From the NCBI RefSeq assembly GCF_009914755.1, contig NC_060934.1: a stretch of 64,000 nt of DNA. One strand, given 5' to 3'. This document shows, piece after piece, positions 37,791 to 52,255 of the stretch. This stretch comes from the human T2T-CHM13v2.0 reference genome, Homo sapiens. Each line of letters starts with the position of its first letter. Position 1 is the stretch's first letter. The position numbers were made by a program, and so were the translations under genes. The notes under the pieces were generated by a model that had not been told where the DNA came from, ran no database searches, and was given only the letters and a program-made list of their open reading frames with translations.

Positions 37791-40661
37791 CAAGTTGGAC
37801 TTGGTGCCAACTGGAGGAAGAAGTGACTGCTGACCACTTCTCTGTCTCCAAAGGGTGACTCCAGAGAGCCCCCAGCCTATGATTTCTCAGGATGTAGAGG
37901 AACGGACTTGGAGGTGGGAACCACATGATCTCCATTGTAAGGCCCACTAGCCTCTGAGATGCTTTCTTCAATTTGCACACTGCTCTGGGGCAAAAGACAG
38001 AGGGAAGGTTGGGACTGTTTCAAGGTCTAGTTTCCTCAGACTGTGGGGAATAACTAGTTTCAAGTGCACAGGTATAATGCCTTTACACACACCCTACATC
38101 CTGGTCCCTGTATGGTCTACTCCATGAAAATGGTCTAGATGCTTAGTACATGGAAGACGGAAGCAAGGAAATGGTGATGGAGCACCCATTCTGTGCCAGG
38201 TGGCTGACCTCCATTATTTCATTTGCTCTTCACAACAATTTGATGAGAGTAGAAGTATTATCCACATTGCACAGATGAAACTCGGTCAGAAAGGTTCAGT
38301 GATGTGTCCACACAGCAAGCAAGTGGCCAACCTGAAAAAACCCAGGCCGGCATCTCTACTGTTGATGACTTATGAATGGTCTCAAAGATACTGGGAAGAT
38401 TCCCAGGGCTGTGCTTCATCCCCAGCTGCTGGTCAGGGCCTGAAATCCCCTCATTATTGCTTTGCTACTTTAGCTTAAATCCTGGATCCTGCCAGTGCCA
38501 ATCCCTCTGGAAGGATGATGCATTACAATGTTATTAATCACCTACCCCAGGCAGACTGAGGTCCATCGTCTCTCCTGAGAGTCTGTTTTCATGGGAGGGA
38601 ATGTGGGGTAGAGGCGCTGCTTTCAGGGACGGAAGAGAAACAGGTGGGGTCATAACACGTTCCTAGTTCAGGCTTTTCTCCATTCTTTCCAGATGGACCT
38701 TGATGGTGGGCTTGGAAAATCAAGATGATAGATCCTTAGTATGGGGCATGGGACAAGCCCCAACCCCTGCCTGAGACTGGCCTTCGCCAAGCCCAGTGGC
38801 AGCTCTAGAAAATATCTCTTTCTCCAGCTAATGAAGTCCATCCCTGGAATGAGCATGGGCACATTCATTGTCCTCTTCAGCTTCCTTCACATTTGGCTGG
38901 TTTCCCTTCAAGACTCCTGGGAGAGGCGTGTTTAGTTCTGGGCTCCAAACTCAAGGAGTGGCATTAAGCGACTGGTGCGAGGCCAGAGCAGACAGCCAGG
39001 CTGAGTGGGGAGGGAATGCCGATTCCTGATAGAGCAGTGCAAGGGTTCTCCAAGGGGAGGAGACCCGGGGGCTGGAGAGCTGGTTTCCACCCTGAGGATA
39101 CCGGGTGGCTGAGTGCATTGCTGGACTTTGCCCATGCTCCTAATCCTTCTCTTTGGGATGGTTCCAGTTCTGGGGAGGCAGAGGCTACTTCACATGGGTG
39201 ATCATGATGGGGAGTGACTACCTTGTCACTGGAGGTGGCTGAGCAGAAGACCTAACTGCCCATCTAGGCTCTGCAGAGAGGCTCCCACGGAAGGAGAAGG
39301 GACTGGGTGACCTTGGAGACCCCTTATCATGTTTCATTCCCAGGCTCTGAGAAAGGACAACCCCATCCTGGTGCAGCAAGATTTTAACCCCCTGGGGTAA
39401 AAGGGGGGGAACAAATTGTTGTGGCTGTCCCGGCGCTCACCAACCCTCCCGGCTCCCTTTACTCTGCTCTTTGGAGGTCTAACTTCCCTTCGGCAAGGAG
39501 CCCTTGCTCCTTTCTTTTCTCCCTTCCTGCTTTCCTTTCATTCATTTAACAAATTCTTGTTCAGCAAATTCTTTCTTGCAATGCCTCCTAGGATATTGGG
39601 CAATGCGCTTAGTCTTGGGGGACCCTGGAGTGAGGAGAATGAATACCGCCCCTGCCCTTATGGAACAGCAGTGGGGAGCGCCTGTGGAATAGGGGAGTGA
39701 GATGGATTATAGAAGTCTTGGGGGAAATCCAAGAAGGTTCAAAGTGAGGGCCGTGTTCAGGTAGGAGATGGTGTGGTGTGGGCTGGGAGGGTGGCAGTGA
39801 GGCCGGGGAAACTGGATGGAGTCCAGAGACAGAGAATAGGAGAATTCATCAGTGCTTGATGGAATGTTGGCTGTGGCAGGCAGGTGAGGAAGACGGGGTG
39901 TCAGAGGACTCCTAGGTCGCTGGCTAGAGCCCCTGGGTAAGGGAGGGGGCCAGTCCCAGGGATGCCTCACCGCAGCGATGGCGTGGCTGGCAAAGCTACC
40001 TCATGCTGGGGAAGGCTTCTGTACTAACGTTTCATTTCGGGCAGGTCTAGGAACAGCGACCATGCATTTGCTCACATCCTCTCTCCAGAGCCTGTCCGCA
40101 TCCCTTCTGATCTTCCCGACAGCTCCCAGAAGCAGGTCTTTTTCTTAAGATGCCTCCTAGGTGCCTGCCCTCCTTTCTGCCGCTTCTCTGCTCATCATTG
40201 CAGAGGAGCGGTGATTGACACACCTAGAGGCCAATGAACTGCCTAGCTCCACCCACCACTCCCAGGTTCGCTGAGTCCCTCCCCAGCTCTCTCCTGTTCT
40301 CCTCCCGCAAGATCTCTCACGGTATCAAAATACCAGACACGATCCAGGGCAATAACAGGCCTGATTTCCACCTAGGGAGACAAGGGAGGGCCCAGCTGGG
40401 CCTCTTCACAGCATCCGTGATCGACCCCACCTGGCTGGATGTTGCGGGGGCGGCAGGGCAGTCTCAGGCTTCCCGGCCAGAGCCTGCAGCCGGGAAACAT
40501 TCCTGCCCCGTTTCCATGGCTGCCAGTCGGGCTTGAGCCACTGGGGGCTGGGGGAGGGGCTTTGACTGGGCCTGCCTGTTCGACTTTGGGGGATTTGGTA
40601 GTTCTCCCTCTCCAGATTAGCTCATTGTGAAGCTGCTCTGAAGAACTCCCCTTTCCAGCAG

Positions 40662-40860
40662 CCAGTGTGCATGAAGCCAGTTCACTCCCTCCTGGGGGTC
40701 CCTCCCTGTGGGCGCGAAGCTCGTGAACTCCTGAGTCCCCCTTCCTGTGGATGTGAGGTTGGGGCACCCCTGGGCACTCCTTCCTGTGGATGTCAAGACA
40801 GTGCACCCCTGGGTACCTCTGCCTGTGGGTGTGAAGCTGGTGCACCCCTGGGTCCTCCCC
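40662..40860. repeat. 39-bp minisatellite, ~4.5 diverged copies
   Basis: cctgtgg recurs at 40705, 40744, 40783 and 40822 (exact 39-bp period). Confidence 0.9.
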
Positions 40861-43800
40861 GTGTACTCTGAGGCACTGGGATCCTGGTTTCAAGGCTTGC
40901 TCAGTCATCTCTGGTGGTGTAGGTCTTTGTGTTCAGTTTTATAAGTGGAGAAAACTGAAGATGATTCTGTTTACCTTACCCACCCCCTCACTTACCTCAC
41001 CTAGCTCAGGGGCTGGGTATGGGGTGGTCTCAGCCCAGGACAACCTTTTAAATATTAAACATGGTACCATGCGATGTTTGTCATACTTATGACCTGGAGA
41101 AATCAAATGCGATTACTCAGCCATCTCAAATGGGGCAATGTGTATGCTAACAGCTACCCCTCCCGAGGGCATTTCACACATGCTACCTCCTGAGCTTCAC
41201 TGAGACCATCTACAGGCAACAAAACGGATACACAGAAAGATGGGTGGCTGGGCTCACTGTGGCCTGCAGAGGAAATATGAGCTTGACGTCATCCCCAGCT
41301 GGTTCTGTATCTGAACACCGAGCACGAGGAAGTGATGGTGGCCAGGCCGGTCTGTACCTGGGCTCCTGCGCTCTGCCGCAGCCCAGTCAGTGTGGTTGGT
41401 GCCTGGTATCATTCCTATGTAACAGAGACAGACCAGAGAGGGAAATAAACTTGCCCAGGGCTGTGCAGCTGCTCAGTGGCATAACCAGGACTGGAACTCA
41501 TGTCCTCTTCGTCACTCTCAGGTGCTCATCCCACTCATCTCAGCAAATCACATAAAGCTCTCGGTGGCCTTAACACCAGGTCAGGAGGACTAGAAGGGGT
41601 TGGCCACGAGACAAGGAGGAAGTCATTGAGGGGTGAAGCTGGAGACCAGCCTTGAGTCCTGGCTTGTTACTGGTGTGACCTTGAGCAATTTGCCCTCCTT
41701 CTCTGAGCCTCCATTTCCTTGGGTGTTGCCCAGGGATGCTGATCTGTGGCCAGCTTCCCACAAGCAGTTGCTCTGAGGACAAAGACGTGGGATGGGAGCT
41801 GGCTCTGTGGACAGGCAGGGGCAGCTCCCCCCTGCTCCCCTGCCATGGAGCTCCCTTGTCCTGGGTGAGTCTTGGCCAATGCCCCAGAGCCCTGCACAGT
41901 CCCAAGCTACTGTGGGAAGGCAGGGAGCTGGCTTGTGCCTCCCCAGTGTCGACACATCCGTTCTCAGGGGCTCTGAGATGGCCTCTCTTGGCCTGGACGT
42001 GCCACAAACAGTGCCCTCTCCCCTGCCTGTGTGTGTTTTGGGGCTGGCTGGCAGGCTCAGGAAAGCAGCCTGGCCTTATCAGAAGCCCTGGGTCTCCAGT
42101 TTCTGGGAACTGTCTCCGCTCTGTGGCTTTCTTTCCCAGGTGCTGGTGCCAAGCAGGCTCAGTCTGAGCGTCTGGCGGGGTTCCAGGCATTCTGTGTCAA
42201 GCACTTCTCAGCAGCAGGAAGACCAACTTCATGGAGGCCTGAAGGGACCCAGCAAATGACCTCTGTCTGCATGGCCCTGGCTTAAAAACAGGAGCATGGT
42301 TGTTAGCGCCCCCTAATCCACACAGGGGACCAACTCCTCCTAGTTGTGTGGGCTGGGCTGGGAACTCACACCAATGCCTGTTAGCCGCCTCTAGGGAGGG
42401 GACCTGCATGGAAGTGTCATCCTTTAGGAGGCATGACCAGGTGCACCGTCTCCATTCATGCTGCACAGGGATGGAGGCTCGGCGCAGAGACCTTGCTGGC
42501 CTGTGTTCTACAACTCCCATCACCCAAGAGAGTCACTCCACATCCCTGCGAGATGGGGATCTTGACTGTCAGTTAAGATTGAGACAATGGAGGTGCTATG
42601 AGGTTGAGAACTTCTCAGTCAATCAGCCATGTGTGGCTGAGCCAGGTTTGAAGCCAGGCAGTTGGGGTCCAGAGCCCAGTTCCCACCTTAACAGCACAGG
42701 AGGGGGTCCTAGGTCTTCTGGTCCCACAGCAACCTCCATGCCCCTGCCCCCTCCACTCCCTGACTCCCTAGGAGTGCAATGCATCTTACTGAGGTGGAGC
42801 TGGCTCAGCTCAGTGTAGGTGCTACATGTATAGATGCCAGGTGGGTTTATGTTAGCTAGGGTGCCCACAAATAGGGTCCAGGTACCAGGGGCAGGGTGTC
42901 TCAGAAGAGTTGGCAGGGATATAAGGGACTATGTGATAAGGAACGAGGGCCCTGTATACTACCCAGCTTGAGGTCTTTGTGGGGGACAGGGTCTCAGCCC
43001 TCTGTTCTGGTCCCTTGTGTGGATGAGCAGTGTTATCTGTAGATACCTGGAGCCCAGAAGGTGGGAGAGGTGGCAGTCCTCGGTGCCTATCCACTGTCCT
43101 CTCCTGGCAGACTCCCCTCCTGGCAGAGCCTCTCTCCAATGCCCGTGACTACTCAATCATCCTCTTTCTCTTGCTTGAAAATTTGATGGGACAACTCTGC
43201 ATGGCTTTCTTGGCTCTCCACACTGCCCCCCTAGCCGAGGTCCTCACTGCTCTTTCCATGCTCCAGGCTGATCTTCTCCATCTCAGTCCCTGCCTTCCCT
43301 CCTCTGTGCCTTGGTCCCAGAAGCTTCCCCAGTCAGGCCACGTTGGAGCCCATCTTTAAGGAGGAGACCTCTCCCCTACCCTGGGCTCCTTCAGCATCCT
43401 AGGCCACTGGGTGTGAAGTGACCGAAGGGAGTACCATGGGACAGGCCTCTGGGGCCCTTTGCCTTCTCCAGACCATGAGATCCTGGAGGGCAAATTCTAC
43501 AGCCCATTCATTTTCAGTTTCCCAAAATGTTTGTGGATTACATGGATGAAGGAAAGCATGCATGAGCCAAGAATGGAGGCGATGCGATGGGTCTGGGAAC
43601 CGGGAGACGCGAGTCCCTTTCCCTTCAGTGTCTCAGGAGGAGAGTGGGGAAGATGCCATGTGCCCTGAGATGATTTTCTTGGATTCCTTGATGGGCCACC
43701 CTTTGGGGAACATTTGCATTTTAACATTGAGGGGAGCTGGCAAATGGTAGTGGATTTTGGGTGCTGTGGCACCCATTGCAGAGGGCTCTCTGGCCGGCCT

Positions 43801-44479
43801 TGCTCATGCTGTGGGCGGGTCCCTTGTCTGGGAGTTTCTGCGCTCCTGTGCTGGCTCCCACGATGTCCCCCTTTGTAACCCCTCTATCCGGCCTGTTCAG
43901 GGAAGCATGAGCTCTTTTCTTTGCTCCAGCTCATTGGGGTGGTGACATTTTAAAATACTGTTAATAGCTGATATTTATCCAATGCCACATGGAGTCTCGT
44001 AGCTGAGCACTTACATACTTTATCTAATCTCATCTGCACACCAGCATTGTGAGATAGGCCCCGATGACCATCCCATCCCATATTACCAGGGAGGCCTCAT
44101 TTATCTCCATGCCCAGATACCCCTTCAGAGGCATGGATTTGCCTGGGCGAGGATCATGCTTAATTTTGCTCCATACCATCAGCCCCCAACAGCAAGTGGG
44201 TGCTTCATATTGGTTGGCCAAACAAGGGGAAAATGAGTGAATCTGCAACTCCGACCCTTCCCACAGGCCTCACTGGAACCCTAATTTAAGAACAATGCTG
44301 TAGTCCTATAATCTTAAATGAAAAAGCAGGATGTGAAATGTGGTGTGTGCATGCATGTCACATGTGTGCGTGTGTCTGTGGAGGCAGGGCACGTAAACTG
44401 GGGAGGCTTGGAGGTCATGACTGGAGTGTGGGTGCTGAGTTCTGCTGTTTGGGGCATCCTGGTTCTGTGATTTGGGATG

Positions 44480-44640
44480 AGATGCCTAAGCTCTCTGGGC
44501 CTCAGTTTCCCCTTCTGTAACATAGGGGTAATCACAATACTTGACAGGGTTATTGCGAGGACAAAGTGAGTTATTACACACAGAGCACCTAGAACAATGT
44601 GTGGCCTCTAGTAATCACTAATGAAGTGTTTGTTACCATA
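44480..44640 (+). mobile_element. MIR
   Basis: ctctctgggcctcagtttccccttctgtaacataggggtaat...gagcacctagaacaatg. Confidence 0.85.
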
Positions 44641-45329
44641 ATCAGTAAATAGGGATGGGAGGAGCTAGATGGAGAGGTAGACGTATTGATAACAGTGCAT
44701 GGGCCTTGTAAGGGAGTAACCAGTATATTTCCCTTATTCTGCATACCTCAGCTCCTTCACCTCTCCCACAACCCTGTGTGACACCTGAGGCAGCTCAATT
44801 CTCTGGCCCTTTAAACAGAGTGTGTATTAGTGGAGAGGTCACATAAAGAGGAGGTGGTGGCCCATGCAGAGGCCTTGTGGCTATGAGGAGGGGATGCTGC
44901 AGGGTGACACAGAGTGGACTGAGGGGCCTGGGTCAGCAAGGCCATAGAGAGTTCTGTGATGACCACAGCCGAGTGCCAGGGCAGGACAGCTGACCAGACA
45001 TCAACTCTCCATTGCTGCCCAAAGCCCCCCACCCCATCCTCACCGGCAACTTAGACAAGCCTTTCAGGAAGGACCAGATGGAGGGAGAAAAATTCTCAGT
45101 TGACTGAGTTGTAATCTGCATTTACCAAAGAAAAAACTTGAAGTGACTGAATTTATCCAGGATTGACTAGAGTGGAAATTTCTGCTTTCAGGGAGAATGA
45201 GGCTCAAGAGAGGAATGAAGTTCAGTGATAGAAAAATAATGAAAATTATATATTTTGTATACATGCCTATGTGGCTTATGAAAATCTCACCACCATATGT
45301 TATCCTTCCTGTATATAATTTCAAAATAT

Positions 45330-45510
45330 GTGTACTTATGTGTGTTAATATATATAAACTGAAAGAAAGAAAATTAACCAAAATGTATTGGTTATCTCTG
45401 GATGAAGGGATTATGGACTATTTTTAATTTTCCTTAATATGCTCTACTGTATCTTTTCAATTTTCTAAAGTAAACATGAACTACCTCTATGATCAGAAAG
45501 AGAATAATTA
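45330..45510 (+). mobile_element. L1ME 3' end fragment
   Basis: accaaaatgtattggttatctctggatg...ttttctaaagtaaacatgaactacctctatgatcagaaa. Confidence 0.65.
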
Positions 45511-46689
45511 TATAGCTGTGAACTGTGGGTTTACATAGTTCTTCAAGTCAGGCAGATTGGGCCAGTAGGTGGTGTGAACCAGGTCACAGGAAGGTGTTAG
45601 GCCAGGGGCTGTGTCCTCAGAGAGACCCTCCCTTTCCTGAGCCCGTTTGATGGGGATCATTCATGTCACATGTGTCTACGTGCAGCCAGGACCCCATAAA
45701 TATTCCTTCCCAGAAAGGAAGGCAGAGAGCTTTCAGTCCTGTCCTCTAATGCTAGCAGGAACAATGGCCTCCCCTTTACAGATTAGAAACTGGAAGCTCA
45801 GAGAGGTCTAGTGACTTATGCAGGGCCACACAGTCAGGGAGCAGCCATGCTGGGGTTGGAACTCGGACTTCCAGACCAGGTGTGCCTCACACCACGCCAC
45901 CTCTGTTGGTCAGCAGGAAGTGGTTCCAGGACAAATCTCCATGCCCATGTCCTCAATACCTAATGGGGATTTACGACTCAGAGAAAATAAAAGCTTAGAG
46001 GGTTTTTTGCACCTTGTCCAAGGTCACACAGCAAGAGCAGAGTTGGCATTAGAATTCTCATGCTTGATGCCAGAATACGAAGATACTCAGAAAAGAGTAT
46101 GATATGGGACAAAAGGGCAAAAAAAAAAAAAGCAAAGAAGTGCGAAGACAGGAAAGAGACTACAAGTGCTTCCTGAAACAAAGAACACAGTCCAGCATGT
46201 GTGTGCGCGTGCACATGTGTGTGTTGGGGGGTGAGTGGGAATGGTGTTGTAGTGTGGGGGGAAGGTAGGAGCTGAGAATGAGAGTCAGGGAATAGGGCAG
46301 GGGGAAGGAGAAAAGAGACAGATGGGAAACAGTCCGTGAAAGCCAAAAACCTCAAGTCAGACAAATGTTTATTTTATTTAGTGTTGATAACAGGGAAAAA
46401 AACGCTGATGGAAACTCACAAATAGCACAGGCTAGTGCCAGCTCTTTAGACCCTAGTGGGAAGTGCTAGAATGTGCCTCTGCCCAGCAGGGCAGCCCCCC
46501 TGCCGAACATGATGCTTGCCTAGGAACCTACCTGAGGAGACTTCTCCAGTGGAAAGGGCCCTGAAATGGGAGCCTGGGGCTAACTGCACAGGCAGGCTGC
46601 TCCGTTCTCAGAGTGCCAGGTCCTTGTCTGTGAAGGCAACGCCGTCATTCCTGCACCGTCCACCTGATGAAACCACTGGGAGGACTTCA

Positions 46690-47310
46690 CTTTTGGCCAA
46701 AGTGGGATCACAGGAACTGTCTCCAGCTTCCTGCCTGAAATAGCAGCAACAATGTCAGCAACAGCAACAAATAGACAAAATCTATGAACCCACAGTTTTC
46801 AAGACAGTGGGCCTCAGGAAGTGAACTACTGTGATTTCTCAGAGATGGGAAACAAGGAGGTGAGCCCTGGGATGGCCCCAGGCACCTGCCTGGAGAGAGA
46901 GTTCCTACGCTGCAGCACAGGGAGGGGGACCCAAATGGAGCCCAGTGGACTCCCTGATTTGATGAGATGGAGCTGAGAGTGAAGGGACACCCAGGTGGCG
47001 AGAGTTCACAGGATGGAACACAGGACAGAGTACTGGAGACAAGACATACACACACACACACTCACACACACACCTCTAGAGAGCTGCAGAGACTCCACCA
47101 AGTACTCAGCAGAGTTCTGGTCAGCACATACATGTAAGGAAATTACCTGAGACCAGGAAAGAAAACCCGCTAAAAGGGTTTGAGGGAACAGCGTGGAGGA
47201 CCCACAGGGGTGTGAATAGTTTCTGTTCCCACCAGCTAGGCTGGAAAAAAAAATCTCATAATTCAGAGGGAAATGAGTAGAGTACTCGAATGCATGATCC
47301 TTAATCAAAT
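46690..47310 (+). mobile_element. L1MC/L1MD 5' region fragment with internal (CA)n
   Basis: cagttttcaagacagtgggcctcagg...gagatgggaaacaaggaggtgagcc...catgtaaggaaattacctgagaccagg. Confidence 0.7.
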
Positions 47311-47963
47311 GTTCCTGTTATTCCAGAAAAGATGTCTACCCCCCACCCTAGTTACTTTGAATCAAGTTCAGACTCAGCCCTGTCTCCGCAGTTGGTTTTT
47401 ATAGCTCTGAACAGATCAGCCTCCCCTGACCCTCTTTATTTCTCATGCTGTTGACTTGGTGAAGAATATGGGTTCATTGTTCCATGGGGCACCCTGCATT
47501 TGGGATTTGGTTGGTGCCCTTCTTGTGGTGGTGTTGAACTCTTTCCTCTATCCTGGTATTTCCTTACGCTAAGTGTTAGGTCCAAAGGCTTGGGTTCAGG
47601 CCCTATTCTTTTGGCAAGAATCCTTCGTGGGTGGCACTTCCTTATTAAGATGAAGTGTGCTTTGAGATGGTAACTCTAGGAATGCACCCTCGGCTCATCA
47701 GCATCGGCTGCTCATTACAGCTGCTGGGAATGCAGCCTCCTGGCATGGTGTTTTGCCTCTTTCTGTCCCCCACTAAAAGGCATATTAAGATGCATGTAGG
47801 TCAGAATAAGGTTCATGTGTGGACAGCCTTGAATCCACTCTTAGTTTTTAAAATGTCTTCCAGAAGTTTGAGTCTTTTTTTTTTTTTTACAAAACCTGGT
47901 ATTTATAACAAATAATAGTGAAACATGGTGAGTTATGAGGTTGTCACCTATGGGCCTACAAAG

Positions 47964-48080
47964 TAGGGTGACCAGTTGTCCCTGTGTGCTGGGGGCTGAG
48001 GGATTTCCCGGGATATGGGACCTTCATTACTAAAACTGGGAATGTCCTGGGCAAACCAAGATGGACTAGTTACTTTACTA
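47964..48080. mobile_element. MER94-like (hAT-Blackjack)
   Basis: tagggtgaccagttgtccc...ctaaaactgggaatgtcctgggcaaacc. Confidence 0.7.
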
Positions 48081-49544
48081 CAAATTGTAGAATTGTCTGG
48101 TAGCCAGGATTATAAACAAGCAACTTAGTGTGCCAGAACTACCCAGGCTTTAGATGTGGTCCTGTCCCCTCTTTATGCCATCTGAGTAAGTGATGGTTGT
48201 CTGGGCTTTCCAGTGATGGAGACACTAGTCCTTTTCCTAAGGGTGAATAAGTTTAAGTCCTTTTCCTATTCACTCCATTGGTGGATAAGTTCAACTGTTA
48301 GAAAATTTGGCCTTCCAGTGAATTCCATGAACCCACTTGTGAGCTGGAATTTTACCCCACAGGGCCAAGCATATGATGTTAATCAACCAATTGGACCATT
48401 GAAGTCCACACCATGGACCTTCCAAGCAAACATCTGCAAGTACATTGCTGGTCATGACATTAGGACCCTTCCCTCCACTTTCCCACATTCCTCAGGACAC
48501 GGTCCAGGACTTGGCATAAGAGGATCACTGGCACCAGAACAGAAGCCAGACTGAAATGCAAGAGGACCCTCTGCAGAGGAGGTTTGCCTGCTCCCTCTTG
48601 CCTTCTAGAATCTAGGTCTGCAGGCATTCCCCCTTAACCCTCAAGCCTAGTGCAATCTGTTCCTCTGTGCATGGGAGAGATGTGCTATCAAAAGGGAAAC
48701 CTTGTGTGTCCTTACACCTCTCAAGTGGATGGGAGGGGAAGGGAGTGCCTGACTTCATCCATTAAGGATGAACCAGCTGTTCTAGCCTGCTTGAGAGGAT
48801 TTCAAACTAGAGCCAAGAATTTAACTTCAAGAAGTAATTTTACCTTCTGAAATCAAATCATCTAATTTACAGGGCAGTTGTTGAACAGGCATTCCCATTG
48901 GGTTTAATGCTGCAGCTTTTCCGGAAACTTATGTGGAATGGAGGTCAAAATTTTATGGGCTCAGATGCATTTTCTTGCTAGCTGAGTGACTGTTTTCAGG
49001 ACTTCTGGCTCCCTCCAAGATGCCTCTCCTGTCTAACCAGCTCAGTGGCATCCCCTCTGTCTTCCTCTCTTCTCTCCATGATTCCCCGAAGAGCCCTTCA
49101 ATATGTCCCTACTTCTGATCCTTCCCAGCCTGTCCTGGGGATGCCACAAGCCTTACCTTTGCTAATTGCCTGCTTTATCCTAACTGCCCACCCCTCCCAA
49201 CCTTACTCCCCAGGTTTGTCTTCCAAGGGCCTCATTCTCTGGCTCCATGGACCTGGCCAAATTCTCCCTGTCCTTGGCCTCCATCTTCCTTCTTCAGAAA
49301 CTAGTCAAACAGGTTCTGTCTGTCCCCACTTTGGTGTTGGTGAATACTTCTTTCTAGGCTGACCTCCTACAGGCAATTTTCCCTATGATTAATATCTTTA
49401 CGTTCCTCACTGACTTCTCCCTCCTCTGACCTCCACCTCTGATCACCAGTGTTGCACAAACCAACACAGACAAGTTTCTCTTCCCTGGTGGGCCTCTTTC
49501 TTCTCTTTGGCTAATTTGTAAGTCCCTGGAGGGCTGGGACCAAA

Positions 49545-49945
49545 AGTCTATGCCAGAGAGAGTGAGTACTCATTAAACCTCTCATGTGCATTCCTAGGTT
49601 TCCAGCCTTTCTTGCTGGAAGATGGGGCCGTGTGACTAGCTGTAGGCTGTGAGCAGAAGTGGCATGTGTCACTTCCTGACTGAGGCAGTTAAGAGCTGGC
49701 AGAAGTCCTTCTCCATTCCTTTCTTCCATGCCACAATGACTACAGATGCCATGTGATCCAGATGCTACACTTATAAGATGATAGATCCTCTGTCAGCCTG
49801 GTTCCCTGAATCTGTGTGGATTAGAGCTTCCCACTGCCCTACATTAGACATGTAATATGAGCAAGAAACAAACTCCATCATCTTAAGTCTCTGAGATTTG
49901 GGGCTTTTTCTGCTGCAGCAGCTAGCATTGCTCAATGTTAATACA
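49545..49945 (+). mobile_element. MLT1I/J2-like LTR
   Basis: tgtgagcagaagtggcatgtgtcacttcc...tcagcctggttccctga...tgagcaagaaacaaact...taataca. Confidence 0.75.
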
Positions 49946-51721
49946 ACATCTTGTTTGTTCCCTCCATCTCCACTGTTCTCTGCCTGGCAGCTCTGAGCAC
50001 AGACTGGTCACCCAGCATGGATTCAGTGAGCTTTTTCATCTAAATGATGAATTTCGTGGGATGCTAATAGATATGGAATTCATAAATGGAACAGCTTAAG
50101 AGGGTGTTCTCAGCGGCATGCCCAGTGAAAACTACTATTGAACTTGACCTCCTGGATAGGCCACTATCCATCCTGACTTCATTGGCCAAACCCTGGGATG
50201 CTGTAGCATGCTGACTTAGATTCAAAATCAGGACTGAGATTCCTTTAGCTGTTGACTTTGGGATAATCATGTGCCCTCTCAAAGCCACAAGTTCCACATC
50301 TGCAAAGTGACCAAATGATATCAGAGCTCCAGAGGACCTGGAGTCCCCATCACTGCCCTTCTAGGAAGGCCAGTCTGTTTCCAGGAGACAGGGGATTCTG
50401 GGGCCAACACTACTGTGGTGATGTAGGTATGATGCTCCTGGATTTTGGAAGTAAAGAAGGTAAAACTGTAGTACAATAGAGAGAGGCACTTTGTAGAGCC
50501 ACAAACCCACAGACCATGGCCTGCCACATGATCCAATCATTGCCTTTCCTTGGACTGGGACAGGCTGGCAAACCAGAGCTCAAACTATGAGGGGACAGGT
50601 GATCCCTGCCCTCACCATGATATGAGTTGAAACTTGTCAGGCCTTCAGGGGTGTGGCTGTGTCTTTTTCACAATCTATTCCCAGGGCCTACTCAGAGCCT
50701 GGCCCATGGAGAGTGCCTAAGGGCTACTGACATCCCCAGTGGTGGCAAGTCCTTGTCGGCAGGATGTGTTAGCTGAGTCCAGTGGTCACTGGGCAGGGAG
50801 GCCATGTGAGGCGTTCTGAACAGAGAGATGACCATCTAGATATGTCTGGGCTGAGATTCCTCAGTGGCTTCCCGGGAGAAGCCAAGGGGACACCTGGGAA
50901 GTCAGCGGCACGGGCTGCAGGAACAGGAAAGGCCACAATGAGGTAAGGCCCCCTCTTGCCTCTATGCTGAGGTGGGATACCTGCAACACATGTTCTTAAC
51001 ATATGTTAACCTTGGTGCTTTCCTCCTGCCAAGAAGCTGTCATGGAGGCATTTAGCAGAGGAAACGGCGTAGGAAACGTTTCTGTTGTACTTTGGGGCAC
51101 TGTGCAACTAATGGGGCATGTATGACGGGGGCTGTGGGTGGGGGAGGTGGGCCCCCACTGACCCTGCCAAAGCCTGTTTGGTCCAGCACCAGAGGAGCAA
51201 GTGTGAATAGCATTTGGCAGCTGAAGCCAAGTCCCCTCGGCTGTCATGTGGGATGAAGCACTGGGGACGGAGGCTGAGCACCTACGATGCACAGGGTGCT
51301 GGCTTTGGGCCTCACGCATCTGCCGTCTCCCTGCACCCTCACCACAGCCCTGCCATATAGACATCGTCCTTCCAGTTACAGATTAAGAAGCTGCCTTGAA
51401 GTCGGCCTGACTCCAAGCAAATCTAACTCTACTAGAACTCAAAGGAACTCACAGCAGTTTCCTTGGTGCCATGAAGCCAATGAACCCATTTAGGACACGG
51501 AGAACAGCATGCAACATGATCTGCAAGTTACTTGTCTGAAGTTCGGGGTTATAAGGTAGCCTAAATGAGGATGACTTTATATGGCAGAGGTCTGGGGACA
51601 AAACATCAACTCTTGAGGTTGGGATCAGGCTGTGGTTTTCATCCTAGGAAAGATGTGTATTTTGTGGCTTCTTTCTCTCTCCAGTTGCAAACACAATGTA
51701 CATAGGCAACGCACACAATGA

Positions 51722-52056
<335 letters not shown>

Positions 52057-52218
52057 TAAAAGCCCACACACCTATCTATACACATCCTCACTCACGTGTA
52101 TGAACAGACAGTCACGATGATGCTTACATGTGACACACCCACATACACCTGCTGTGTCCTCTCACCCACATATCCACAGGACTACTTGCTTTATAGACAC
52201 AGCCTACATCAAATTGCC

Positions 52219-52220
<2 letters not shown>

Positions 52221-52253
<33 letters not shown>
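52221..52253. repeat. (CA)16 microsatellite
   Basis: Perfect CA run. Confidence 0.95.

Positions 52254-52255
<2 letters not shown>

Noticed and set aside
41570-42259. Longest ORFs (206 aa minus; 143 and 155 aa plus)
   Set aside because: Overlap in multiple frames on both strands in GC-rich DNA, run into a MIR, and resemble no protein I recognise
42304-42400. Two CTCF-like half matches (also one at 8719-8733)
   Set aside because: Each departs from the core (missing CC or mis-spaced GC end); too weak to call
48213-48554. 113-aa ORF / possible pseudogene fragment
   Set aside because: No recognisable protein in the frames examined; no poly(A) or TSD
50824-50948. Possible exon ending gag|gtaagg
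   Set aside because: Weak acceptor; isolated splice-like motifs are expected by chance without transcript data
50996-51009. 14-bp palindrome ttaacatatgttaa
   Set aside because: Several palindromes of this length are expected by chance in 64 kb
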